A DNA stretch of 50,473 bases, filler included, from Sphacelaria rigidula (Eukaryota), in NCBI GenBank assembly GCA_964200075.2. It is 2 parts of 2 records of this genome, joined end to end, with 100 filler letters (N's around TTAATTAATTAA, not from the genome) between each part and the next. Parts side by side here need not be neighbours in the genome. Positions count along the whole stretch, not along the records: positions 1 to 25,197 come from CAXNAA020000175.1; 1 more part is not named here. One strand, given 5' to 3'. The first letter of the stretch is position 1; each line of letters starts with the position of its first letter. Below the pieces are notes generated by a model. The model did not search any database and had not been told where the DNA came from. It saw only the letters and a list, made by a program, of their open reading frames with translations. Positions 12,831-23,488 of the stretch are shown here, in pieces. The position numbers were made by a program, and so were the translations under genes.

Positions 12831-13193
12831 TGTAGTGTGTAGTTTCCATCTATTCTGGACGCCAGTCTACACCTTTCGTTATATGTGGGCACATGAGGCG
12901 GGGTCACACAAGAGGAACGTCAACACAGGTTCTTTTTCCTTTTTTCTTTTGTTTCAGTACTCCACCTTCCTTCTGCGGTGCTTGCCTATTTTTCTATCGC
13001 GAGGCGGGTTCAGCAGTCTCTTTCCCTCGTCTATCGTGAAGTCGAATTTTGTGTACCCACGGCATAGTCGCTCTCCCCTGATGGGTTGTGTGAAAAAAAT
13101 CCCAGACCGTGTGACTGCTCGGAGATTGGAACCCCCGACCCAACCGCCGCAAGGTTTTCGAGGTTCAAGAGCTGAGCCACTGGAGCGACCGGC
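12831..13193 (-). mobile_element. tRNA-derived SINE, family A, copy 2
   Basis: Collinear with 1305-1692. The minus-strand head is GCCGGTCGCTCCAGTGGCTCAG and the B-box-like motif is GGGTTCCAATCTCC. Confidence 0.8.
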
Positions 13194-13490
13194 TTGCTCC
13201 TATACACATATCATGTTCGGAGTTGAGTGTTTTTGCGATTTTCTCGCATGCCATCGATTTGCACTAACTGAGGATACCAATTACCAATGCTGCTGAGGAG
13301 AGCAGGAGGGAGATGGCAGAACGTGTAGCCAGATATGTACCGAATTGAATATGGCGAAGGTGGAGGGAATACCCACCATCCACCATCCCCTCACGTCTTT
13401 CGCTTGCTAATTCCTCCCTTCCATTGTACTCCTTCCCCGATGTGGTGTGTTGTTATGTTTTCTTTTTATGTCTAGTACACTATATACGCA

Positions 13491-13657
13491 TCTACATATA
13501 GCTGTCCCTCAAGTGCCTGGGTACGGCTGGGGTGTACCTGGCTGGTGAAAACCCGGCATGGAATTTCCCAGCATGATACCTCGTACGAATGTGGGAAACC
13601 GTGTCTTCCTTGGAATGGAGTGTAAAGGTACGGCGCGTAATATACACCCCGGCCTAG
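13491..13657 (+). mobile_element. Possible miniature Helitron
   Basis: The ends are A|TCTACATATA ... CTAG|T, with a degenerate hairpin CGGCGCGTA-ATA-TACACCCCG just before CTAG. It is single-copy in the window. Confidence 0.3.
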
Positions 13658-14387
13658 TAGAAGTACAAAGATAAAGCCATGCGATTTTTACTGCTATGAT
13701 AAGAGATCTTATACCGTACCTTGTTTTGGGTGTTTGCCTGTGACCACGGAAGGAGCGGATATTCGACTGTGTGAAAAGTTACGGATTATGACGGAGTGGA
13801 TATCCACTAATGAAACGTCACGGATTATTGCGGAGCGGATATCCGCCAACGAAAAAATCACGGTGCGGATTTTTCGTATATGGTACGGAGAGGATATCCG
13901 TCAGTGGGAAAAACTACGGATTATTACGGCGCGGATATCCGCCCGCTACAAATTCACGGATTATTGCGGAGCGGATATCCGTGGCACGGATTTTTTCACG
14001 GAGCGGTTTGCCCCTCTCTGTGGAACAAACCGCACAAACCGCGGCAATTCCCCACGGTGCACCATCGCAGTAAACCGTGGAAAACGATATTGTTATCCGC
14101 GAAAATTGTGTGGACATCCGCGAATAAATACCAAAAAGTACGAAAGGAGTTGTTTCGCTGGGACTTTCAGCTGCTGGACACCGGGGACGGAGGGTTAAAT
14201 AGCGTACGTACAAGGTCGAATCCCCGGAGAAAAAATTGAAGAATAAGTTGAGGATATCGAATATCACATGCACTCCAAAGTAGGAGATTGCTTGGCACTG
14301 TGTTCGGCATTGGAATCCATGGTATCAACCATCCGAGTCGCGCACCCCCGCAAAGTTCGAGTTACGCTTTCCAGCCTGAGGCGCACG

Positions 14388-14390
<3 letters not shown>

Positions 14391-14460
<70 letters not shown>
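14391..14460. repeat. (GT)35 microsatellite
   Basis: Perfect dinucleotide run. Confidence 0.98.
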
Positions 14461-14461
<1 letters not shown>

Positions 14462-14497
14462 GTGCAAAGCGCGGTTTGCATATTCGCAACAGAGTGT

Positions 14498-15000
14498 AGA
14501 ACCGTATCAGCGAAGTGCTTATCCAGAACAATATCTTCTATACTTCGAATCCAACTTACCGGACATTCGGAACAATTTTGTTCGTGGGATTTCGTGGCTT
14601 TTCAGCGGTTTGATATGAGTGATGCTACGGAGAACGCACGGATGAAGTACGGAGCACAATTTCAGAACCGTATGGACGAATTGCTTATACAGAACGATAT
14701 TTTTTATACGTCGAATTCTAAGTTATCCGGCACTCAGGACAGTTTCGTCCGTGGAATGTCGTGGCTTTTCAGCAGTTTGATCTGAGATATACCGCGGAGA
14801 ACGCACGGATAAAAGTACGGAGTGCAGACTTTCAGAACCGTATCGGCGAATTGCTGATCCAGAACGATATTTTTATACTTCGAATTATAAGTTATCCGGC
14901 ATTCGGAACAAATTCGTCCGTGGAAATCCGTGGCTTTTCAGCGGTTCGATCCGTAAGTTATGTCACGGAGAACGCACGGATTACCTACGGAGTGGATAAA
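14498..15000. repeat. Three-copy tandem repeat, period ~166-170 bp
   Basis: AGAACCGTAT starts at 14498, 14664 and 14834. The units share CGTGGCTTTTCAGC and GGAGAACGCACGGAT. Confidence 0.9.
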
Positions 15001-15289
15001 ACCGCACCGTAGAAAACCGCGTTTCACGGTTCGAACCGCGCAGCTGTAATCGATACGGAGCGGAGCGTTTTTTTTTTTAATCGTCACGGAGCGGAGCGGA
15101 TGTCCGCCAACGAAAATGTCACGGTGCGGGGCGGAGCGGATGTCCGCCAGGGGAAAAAATCACGGAATGTCACGGAGTGGACATCCGCCCCCTGTAGATG
15201 CCACGGAGCGGTTCGGATTGACAAACCGCATCGTGATAATCCGCTCCGCGGATTTATTATTGATCCGTGCACATCCCTGGTTTTTTCAA

Positions 15290-15407
15290 CCCTTTGGGAA
15301 CGCATTGACGATTTTTATTTCTATGAATCGGCATCATTTTGACTTGAAGATGACTGAAAATGATGCCGATTCACAGAAACAAAAATCGTCAATGGGTCCC
15401 AAAAGGG
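15290..15407. mobile_element. 118-bp almost fully palindromic piggyBac-like MITE
   Basis: TCAA|CCCTTTGGGA...TCCCAAAAGGG|TTAA, with arms CATTGACGATTTTTATTTCTATGAATCGGCATCATTTT and AAAATGATGCCGATTCACAGAAACAAAAATCGTCAATG (2 mismatches). Confidence 0.75.
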
Positions 15408-16079
15408 TTAAATTCGGGAGCCCGCTTTTTTTTAACTCTGAGACTGTTGCGGGTGTTTGCGAACAAGTACAGTCTGCACGTGTACCGTAGTGCAGGCAGA
15501 AGTCATATCCTCTGCATTTGCATGCACCACCATGTACGTGCATCTACATGTAGCCTTGAACCTTACAGTCAAGACGGTGTAGAACTGAAGACATCGCCGA
15601 CGTCACCGCTGCCGAATGCCAGCCTGCCTCCCGTTGTTGCGAACAAATGATTGACTACCTCGTACTCTAATACTGTGTGTGCAAAGTACAGGGTGTTCGT
15701 ATCCTTGTACTGCTCTTGTCTATTGTATTTGCATCTTACAACAACCACCTCGTACTGTGTTCGCAAATACAGTATAGTCTGTACTTGAAACCTCGCGCTG
15801 CAATACTGTGTCCGCGAGTACAGCTGTGTTCGCAAGCACAGCCTCTACTTGTAATCTTGCACTGCTGTGCTTGCAGAGTACAGTTCGTAGTCGGAAGTAC
15901 AGTAGTACAAGGTTACAAGTACAGCCTGCACCTGTACTGTGTTTGCTAAGTACAGCCTGTGCTTGTATCGTCGTACTGTTCGCAAAATTCACGTCCTGTA
16001 CGCGTGCCGTTGTATAGTAGTTACTTTGTCTTCAAGGATTTCAATATTCATTCCAAACTTGAAGTGTGCACCGCTTTAT

Positions 16080-16385
16080 GCAACGTGTTTATGACGATTC
16101 ATGTAACGTGTAACGTCTAATGCACGTGTAACGTATAATAGATGTTACTGTACACGTTCCACGATTCTTTCATATTGCGTGTTTTGTGACGTTTGGGCAA
16201 TTTAACTTTCACCTTATGTTCGTTTGGCACGTGAAAAAGACTCCACGTTACGTTAACGTTTTATTTGATAGTTTAACGTTACGTTCACGTTACGTTCATC
16301 AACTAATTTGTTTTTAACGTTCACCGTACGTTTCGGCCAAAACGTAACGTGTAACATTGTGGCACGTGTAACGTGTAGACCCCTG
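16080..16385 (-). repeat. AACGT/ACGTT-rich subterminal array ending in a hAT-like terminus (CAGGGGTCTACACGTT on minus)
   Basis: Many ACGT-core motifs in 300 bp stop abruptly at GTAGACCCCTG (16385). The partner terminus was not found. Confidence 0.45.
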
Positions 16386-17038
16386 ATAAATTTCGGCTCA
16401 AAACTATTGACTTGGGCCAGGCATTCCACTTTTTGTGTAACGCGTAATTTTGATCGCGGCTACTGTTGAACTCTGTAGGCCACTAAGATTGGTTTACAGA
16501 TGGGCCAGGGAAGGGCCACAATTGCGTTACCGGGTTTGCAAGGCTGATTCCTGGGTTTCAGGAGCTGAAATTTTGACAACACATGCACAACATCAATACG
16601 CGGACCGTGTCAGAATTTACCAAGAGCATACGTAAGTTTGGAGCCAGTTCAAGAAGCCGACACATGATGAAACCCGGGTACTTCGACAAGAAACTTTGAG
16701 CCGTTGTAATATCCGGTCGAGAGTAAGATACTGGCTTGTAGAAGGTCCATGCGAAATTTTGGTTCAAAATTGTCCACGATGAGCAACGCATTTCGTGGTA
16801 ATTTTACATGAAAGGAAATAAAAATAGGGAGAACACGCTGTGAAGAAGAGACGTTTGGGACGCACACTGTACTCAATGACATCATCGCCAAGTTGCCGTC
16901 TATGGAACAGCGACAGAGTGTGTCATCATCCGTAGATTCGTCTGCAGTTCACAGCAAAATACTCAAATCGCACTGGTTAGGGATAAGAAGTTATGGTGTG
17001 CCGAAGAAATGCGGCTTCATTGGCTGGCCCAGCTCGTA

Positions 17039-17480
17039 CAGTTTGTAGATATGGAGAAAAGAAGCAGGCCGTGCTCAGAACAAAAATCCCAAGATGGCGT
17101 TGTCAGAGTAATGCCGAGTAAAGACCCCGTCGATCAGGGGGTGTTCTTGACCGTGGCTGGTCCAAAAAACACAGTTTTCTGTTTCTAGCGTAATAAAATG
17201 CAAAAATTCAAATAACCAACTAGTTCACGAAAACTGGGGATTTGTTTGATCGATCGAAGATACTCAAGAGTGAGAACCTGTGGCTGTGCAGCAGCACGAT
17301 CCCCGAGGACCGTTCAGCCCGTAAGTCGCTCAATATTGGTTGTAGATACGATTTCCTCTTTGGTCGAGCATATACTAACATCTCCTAATCCCCATTTTTC
17401 GGAATCAAACGTTGACTTAGTAAGGGGTGAAAAGCGCAAAAAAATCGAAATATTGCCAACTCCAAAAATATAGCAAAAAC
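17039..17480 (-). mobile_element. Long 'arm' repeat, copy 2; right arm of composite I
   Basis: The reverse complement shares GTTGGCRATATTT, GGGATTRGGAGRTGTTRGTAT and GGTCCTCGGGGATC with 9282-9777. Confidence 0.7.
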
Positions 17481-17599
17481 CGCCCAACAATGATGTTTGC
17501 GAGTGAATCAGTGTGGCCGCCTCGCCTCGGTGGTCCCATGTCACAAGTGGCACCATCACCATTTGGCCACTTCTCATGAGTAAAACAAAGTGTTGTTGA

Positions 17600-17983
17600 G
17601 AACTGCCTTTTTGGTCCTTCGTCGCTTCACACCCTCAAAGCAGGGTTGGCGGATGTTTATCGCTCGGAATGGCTTGCTTGACTCGTTGAAACCGTTCCAG
17701 GACACCTTAGCGTTTTCTAGTGGCCGCAGTTTGTTTTGGCTAAGTCCGCTTTCAATGATCACGGTATGGAAAAAACTAGCTGTGACTTGCAGTTTTTTTC
17801 TTTTTTTTCTTCACAACTTGACCTCTTGTTGCTCACGAGTTTGGCCCAACACTGCGGCCACCGGAAAACATAGGTGTCCTGGAACGGTTTCAACAAGTAG
17901 CGTAGTTCATTCCAAGCTTTCAACATCCGCCTAGCCCTCTCTTGGGGCATATAAGATGCAAAAGGACCAAAAAGACAGTTTTC
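17600..17983. repeat. Inverted repeat with ~145-bp arms and ~90-bp spacer
   Basis: Arms 17600-17745 and 17836-17983 share an exact 23-mer GTTGAAACCGTTCCAGGACACCT, plus TTTTTGGTCCTT, GGCGGATGTT and GTGGCCGCAGT. Confidence 0.85.
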
Positions 17984-18760
17984 ACTATCTATATTTTCAA
18001 ACCACACGAGATGTGGCCTTGAGGCGAAGAAAATGCGAGTTTGATTTCGGTCGTTGAAAGCCGTGAGGACGAGTCGTAACAAGAAGTTCGTTTGGCTTTG
18101 TCGAGACAACAGGAGGCGCGGTGCGCGAATGCTGATGAGTCATGATCCAATCCGCGATATCAAAATGTAAGGCATGTACCGAGGGAGAGACGACTCGTTT
18201 CCTTGAGGCCTCGGACTCGTCCTGAGGAAGGAGGGGGGAGAAATCAGAACTGCGAACAAGAAGAAAACGCAAAACGAAACCAGTTACGACAACGAGCCGA
18301 CCCTATTCTGCTGTGTTGTACCATGTACTACTACAGACGGAACTGTACTGTGTGAGAGCAAGGAAAAAACATGAGCATGCCGTGCCGCGCACTCTAGGAA
18401 GTGTCGTTGATCGACCATACTTGAGTACGGATTGATCCCATGCAGGATGTGGTGTAGGTATGAGAGTGATGACAAATCAGCATCTCGCTGATCCCACACA
18501 CTGGGGCTGCATCACCAGTCAATCCATTCTTGAATCGAGCATTCTAAGGTTTACCCACCCCACCCATACTCGCGTAACTCACATACTGCAACCGTACTGT
18601 TATGCCCGTGAATGAAGGCCTTACCGACCAAAAATCCGTGGTCAACAAAAAAGAGATTGAACGCAGAGGGATATCGGAGACATATTGAAAACGTCATAGA
18701 CTGGTCGGATCTGTGCCGAACTTCTGTCGAACAGTCCACACGCTCCATCTCAGGTTATTG
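17850..18760 (-). pseudogene. Possible hAT transposase relic
   Basis: Fragmented minus-strand peptides LLTTDFWS...FTGITV (cf. hAT LTTDxWT...GVT) and WNELRYLLKPFQDT (cf. W..L..LLKPF). CAGTGT-starting ends lie at 17509 and 19016. Confidence 0.3.
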
Positions 18761-18851
18761 AGGATTAGTATGCGACAGCTGTAATTTTTTCATCGCATAT
18801 ATCTCGAGACAGGAAGCAAGCCGGCCTGTGGCACTTGACACCCCCCCCGCA

Positions 18852-19033
18852 CACACACTAGACCTATTCAGTATGGCGGCGGAGTTGCTCAATTCGCCAC
18901 AGCGGATCCGAGAAGCCCCGGAACGTTGAAGGAAACGCGTTTTTTGGTACATTTCGGCGGGTTGCAAAATGCTGCGGGCTCCGCGGCACGCGTCACGGAG
19001 ATCCGCAGCGACACTGAATAGTTCTGGTGTGTG
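18852..19033. repeat. Small element with ~32-bp imperfect inverted repeats
   Basis: CACACACTAGACCTATTCAGTATGGCGGCGGA matches the reverse complement of TCCGCAGCGACACTGAATAGTTCTGGTGTGTG. Confidence 0.55.
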
Positions 19034-21338
19034 GGAAGCGCACGCATCAAACCGCAGTCCGATCCTCTGCTTCGTTGTCGGAAATATGCGTTAAAAGATG
19101 AGCACAGCAACATACTGCAACAAAAGGGGCACAACAAAAGCACGAGCAGCAGCTTCTATCCTCCTGTTGTTGTAACTCTGTGTACACGTGTACAGCAACG
19201 TCAGTCAAAGGTGTGTTGTGAAATGTACTGTAGCAATATCACATTTTGTATGAACGCCGTCGTCATGTCGAGTGATGCGTGTAATTGTGACTGATACTGA
19301 TTGGCTCATTTATGTTTCATTTCTTCTGCATTCAACTGGCTTGTAGTTGGTCGGTCAATTTTCCCGATATATAGTGCCCAAAATCGGGCCCCATTCACGG
19401 GCATAACCGTACTGAACACTACAGAAAATTGCCGATTTAGTCTCGGTCTGCAGACGCACCGCGGTGCCGATATTTCCAGTCATGAGCCTCTCCATTACTA
19501 CGTTTTGAAAATGCGCTGTGCTTTGACACAACGACCCTCCTCCTGCACAGTGTAACTATTGCAAGAACTGTCCCGTTGTCAGTTGCCTAGGTGAGTACAT
19601 AGGTACTTGGCTGTAGTTGCTCCTACACACCTAATCGCATACGTTTCCCACGCGGCTTGTTCGTGGGCAACGATTGGCGCGAAATTTGTGGCGGAGAGTT
19701 ATCGTTGTCGCATGCAAGAACTTGCGCAAAAATTCCGACCAAAATTGGTCCACAGTCAAGCAGTTACAGGAGTTCCTCATCGAATGTTTGTCTACCGGCA
19801 CCTACTGTAGTTGCCTAACGTATTTATCTGACAAATGTCGATGAATCAGTTGTTGCACAAAGTGCGTGACGCATGTGTTTCGTGCGTTAGTTGTTTAGGC
19901 AAATAAGTTGGCATACGAATCGTATCTTGATCAGGACATGAAATACACATTGCAAAATCACGCTGCTCTTTGACTGAACCGCTCGCCCCCCCAGAATCAT
20001 ATTGGAATGTCAAGTTTGGTGTAGACATGTGAGTGTGGAGGAGTTTTGTTGGACTTTTCAAAGTTCTCGTTGCTCGTACGGGGAACATGGGAAAGCCACA
20101 TGTGGGACCAGAAGGCGATGCCTTCTAAATTCTAAAACATTTAAGGATAATATTGCAATTCTCAGACCCGCTGCCAACGACTAAAAGGGCGTAGATGACT
20201 GTCATGGCTCGAACGATAGCTTTGAATTGGCTTGAGTACTACGCGGTCCGTTTTGATAAAACACGTCAACACCGTGTATATTCAATACCTCTTTAGCTGG
20301 AAACCCCCTGGGCAAGTAGTTTCGTGGCGGTAGTTTGCTACACCACTAAATGCCCAGGTTTCGCATCCAAGAGATGTTGATATGGAAGTAGTTGAGCGAA
20401 ATCTTCACCCCCTGGACAAAATGAGTAAGTTGCAACCAACAAGTCAGTAGACAAAAATAGGCTATGCTGTACGCTGTACTCAGTGCACTCTTCTATTGCA
20501 ACTATGGACCACTTAATGTCCCGGGGGCGGAAATGTTTGACCGAAATATGTCGTAGGACAACTAGGTTCCCAATTTCTTCATCCGGTAGTAGTCTAGACG
20601 CAACTAGTCACATAACATTCCCGTCCAGTAGTCGAGAGAGAGGGAGCTACTTGGACATCCTCCGAGAGTTACCCTGAGGTGACAGCACATTGGTTGATGT
20701 TGATAGAGGGCCTGAGAAGCCTCGAAATGAATACCACGCGGTCGTTGAGACAGGCGATTCTAAAACGTCCGTGCTATTGGGAAGTTATGGGGCCAGAATT
20801 TGCAACATGAAATGCACCAGGTGTCTCAAACGAGACCTGTTTCCATCCTTGTCATTCCTGCCGCGGTGCGTGACTGCACACGTAGTATTGTTATCTACCT
20901 TCGTCGTTGCTTCCCTTGTTCATGTCGGAGTAGGTCGGCATGCTTGACGTTCAATACTCCGATACCTGTCATTTATCTTTGAAACGTTTGAACGTCATGA
21001 ATCAATACACTGTCACTGCTCGCACTTTACTCGCGTCCTGCAGTATGAATACGTTGCATCGCAGTGATATCGTCAAGGTAGAGATGGGTATCGACCGGCC
21101 TTGCAGCGCATGAGCGTGTTTTATTTGAGGTGCATCTGAGGTAACGGGTGACGTGGGGAATGGGTGAAGAATGTAAGGTCTTGCTTCTTCCAAGTCTTGA
21201 AAAATGTGCCACCGGAGATGCCATACTCCACCACCTGCGGCAGGTAAAAATACGCTTTGTTTGGCCAAATGTGAGATAGTTCCATCAATCGCTCAGCGCT
21301 CAAGTGTTGGCGCTTTAGGCGCTTGAGAGTATGCTCCC

Positions 21339-21342
<4 letters not shown>

Positions 21343-21379
<37 letters not shown>
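21343..21379. repeat. (TC)18 microsatellite ~250 bp upstream of the TLC gene start
   Basis: Perfect dinucleotide run. Confidence 0.95.
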
Positions 21380-21382
<3 letters not shown>

Positions 21383-21623
21383 ATTGTTCTCCTGCCAACA
21401 CTGCGCTCTAATTTCACCAGCTTATGTTTCGGTCATCGCATACGTCCTACAGGAAGGTTGAAACAGCATCGCAGCGTCGTCCAACACACTACGTTCACTC
21501 TATCTCTGAACACACAAACCACGCCACGGCTTCTCGGTCAGTGCAAGATTGCAACACTCACCCGCCACAAGGACGAATCTACAGTTCGACCGCCCACACC
21601 AAAGCGAAAATATCAAAAACAAG

Positions 21624-22277
21624 ATGGTCAGCAATGGCGATGAAGGAGACGTCCTCTCCTGGCGACGGGGGTGGATTCCTAGCGCAATTTGCATCTTGGG
21701 CGGGGTTTTATTCTTACCATTGCTGGGCCCGCAAGCCCGAGAAGAAGGCTGGACACGGGGTGTGACTTCGTTTATAGGTTTCGAGGCAATACGGGTAGCT
21801 GCGGTGGGACTGCTGCCGTACTGGTGGAAAGACATCGCAGGGAGAAAAGAGCCGCTGACGGATAGCAGTAGAGAGCAGTTCGGTGGGCAGCTCATCTCGC
21901 TTATGCTGTCGAGTTACTTGACGTGGAGCATCATCCGGTGGGACTGGAGGCTCACGTGGAAGCTGCCGTTTGTGGAGACGGTGGGGGAGGATCACACGGG
22001 GGTGGTATATCACTTGATGGTGATGATGCTGGCGTACATCGTGCATGATACGTGGCACTTGTTGCGCTCCTGGAGAGTAAATCGGAATCGGGTGATGTTG
22101 CTTCACCACACCGTGTTCGCGGTGATCAGTATCATGGGAATGAGGTTCATGCAGCTGCCGGTGCACATGCGTATCCACTTCATTCTTTTCTCAGCGGAGG
22201 CGTCTACACCGTTGCTGAACGGGCGGTGGCTAATGCGACATATAGGGCTGGTTGACAAGGGACACTTGCTCATGAAG
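21624..22277 (+). CDS. TLC (TRAM/LAG1/CLN8) domain membrane protein, exon 1
   Basis: ATG at 21624 opens 218 codons with multiple hydrophobic segments and TLC motifs AYIVHDT, LLHH and EASTPLLNGRW. It ends AAG|GTGGGT (phase 0). Confidence 0.85.
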
Positions 22278-23194
22278 GTGGGTTTAGTGGAATTGATTTG
22301 TGTCTACGAGAAGAAAGTGCAGTGCCTCTACAATGAATCCCGAGTGCATCAGCGTCCCCAAGCACGATGCCGCTGCATGATCTTGTTTTTCGAAAGACGA
22401 TCCTATGCACCCAGAACTATTCCTGTGATATGTATGGCTCATACTGTATCGCTAAGCATTCAGCTGCGTGAACAGTCTTGACATTCAGCACTCTTCACAG
22501 GGGTAGTGATGAGGTGTTTCCCATCGAAGTGACTGGTATAATGCCTTTCGTGCTTGTTATTGTCAACAGCATCATGAATCTGGTGAAGTCGGAAGCGTTG
22601 CCGTGTATTTGCTGAAGCATTCGACGTGTGCAAATCTGTATCAATATGCAGGCTCATTCAAATACGCAAGACCATACAACCCCCTTGTCGATGACCTTGA
22701 GTACCCCTCGCCCCACATCAACAACTTTAGTAGCCCTCACCCCACCTCTATCGCCATCGTTCGCGAACCGTTCAATATTGAGTGGCATGCTGTTGCGGTC
22801 AAAAGCGGGTCCAGCCTGCGGTAATGGTCAATGTCAAGTTCTGCGGGCGTGATACCTTCCTGGTGTTCCATGCTCGTAAACCGTGGCAAGCAGTTTCTTT
22901 TTTATGTAAGATGACCACTCAGCAGCCCTTATTCCTACCGGGGTGACGAATTTCCCCGGCGTTGGGTACCACCTCTCACCGTTGTGTCATCGAGGCCACC
23001 AACCGCACCATTCGTCTCCCGTTATGTTGTATACACTGAAACTCGACTTACCACACGAACGAAGTAAAAACTTCCTCCCCTGAGCAGTAATACAGCAGCA
23101 CTTATCCGGTGACGATACCTTCCCCGCCCACCGTGTCCCCCCTCCTGCGCTTGTACTGTTGCGTGTTTTTTGGGCTGTTGCTCTAAACGCATAG

Positions 23195-23488
23195 ATCACA
23201 TCGATCTCCTTCCTCCTTCTCTTCTTGACAACCCGAATAATGATGTACCTATTCCTCATCGTAGACCTGATCGCCATTCATGCGGAGCTGATCATGCCGT
23301 TACCTCTGAAGCCACTTTTCCTGCTGGTGGTGCTCATTTCGTACGCGGTCAACGTCTACTGGGCTTCGCTTATCTTGGGAGCATTATTCAAGAAGGAGGG
23401 AAAAGTGGGAAGACGGGAAGGTCCTACGCTGACCATAAATCGCGACAAGGTTTCTCAAGCCGCAGAGAAGGCGAAGAAAACGTCGTGA
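23195..23488 (+). CDS. TLC domain protein, exon 2 (total ~315 aa)
   Basis: Acceptor ...CGCATAG|ATC in phase 0. The exon encodes ITSISFLLLFLTTRIMM...VNVYW, typical of the TLC C-terminal F..R and N.YW motifs, and ends KKTS*, a KKxx ER-retrieval-like signal. Confidence 0.82.
   Translation: MTSISFLLLFLTTRIMMYLFLIVDLIAIHAELIMPLPLKPLFLLVVLISYAVNVYWASLILGALFKKEGKVGRREGPTLTINRDKVSQAAEKAKKTS

Larger units (their letters stand above)
13734..15279. mobile_element. hAT-like non-autonomous element with dense subterminal CACGGA/GCGGA(T)ATCCG repeats
   Basis: The right end reads CAGGGATGTGCACGG on the minus strand. The left end TGCCTGTGACCACGGAAGG recurs at ~35709. Motif clusters lie at 13750-14120 and 15000-15270. 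Confidence 0.55.

Noticed and set aside
14264..14785. ORFs with poly-(CV)/(HT) tracts
   Set aside because: They are translations of the (GT)35 microsatellite and the adjacent tandem repeat.
20784..20796. Half-tRNA-Met Copia PBS (GTTATGGGGCCAG)
   Set aside because: No adjacent LTR end or gag ORF.
22278..22481. C-terminal extension of the 310-aa ORF
   Set aside because: It is read-through into the intron; TLC similarity resumes at 23195.
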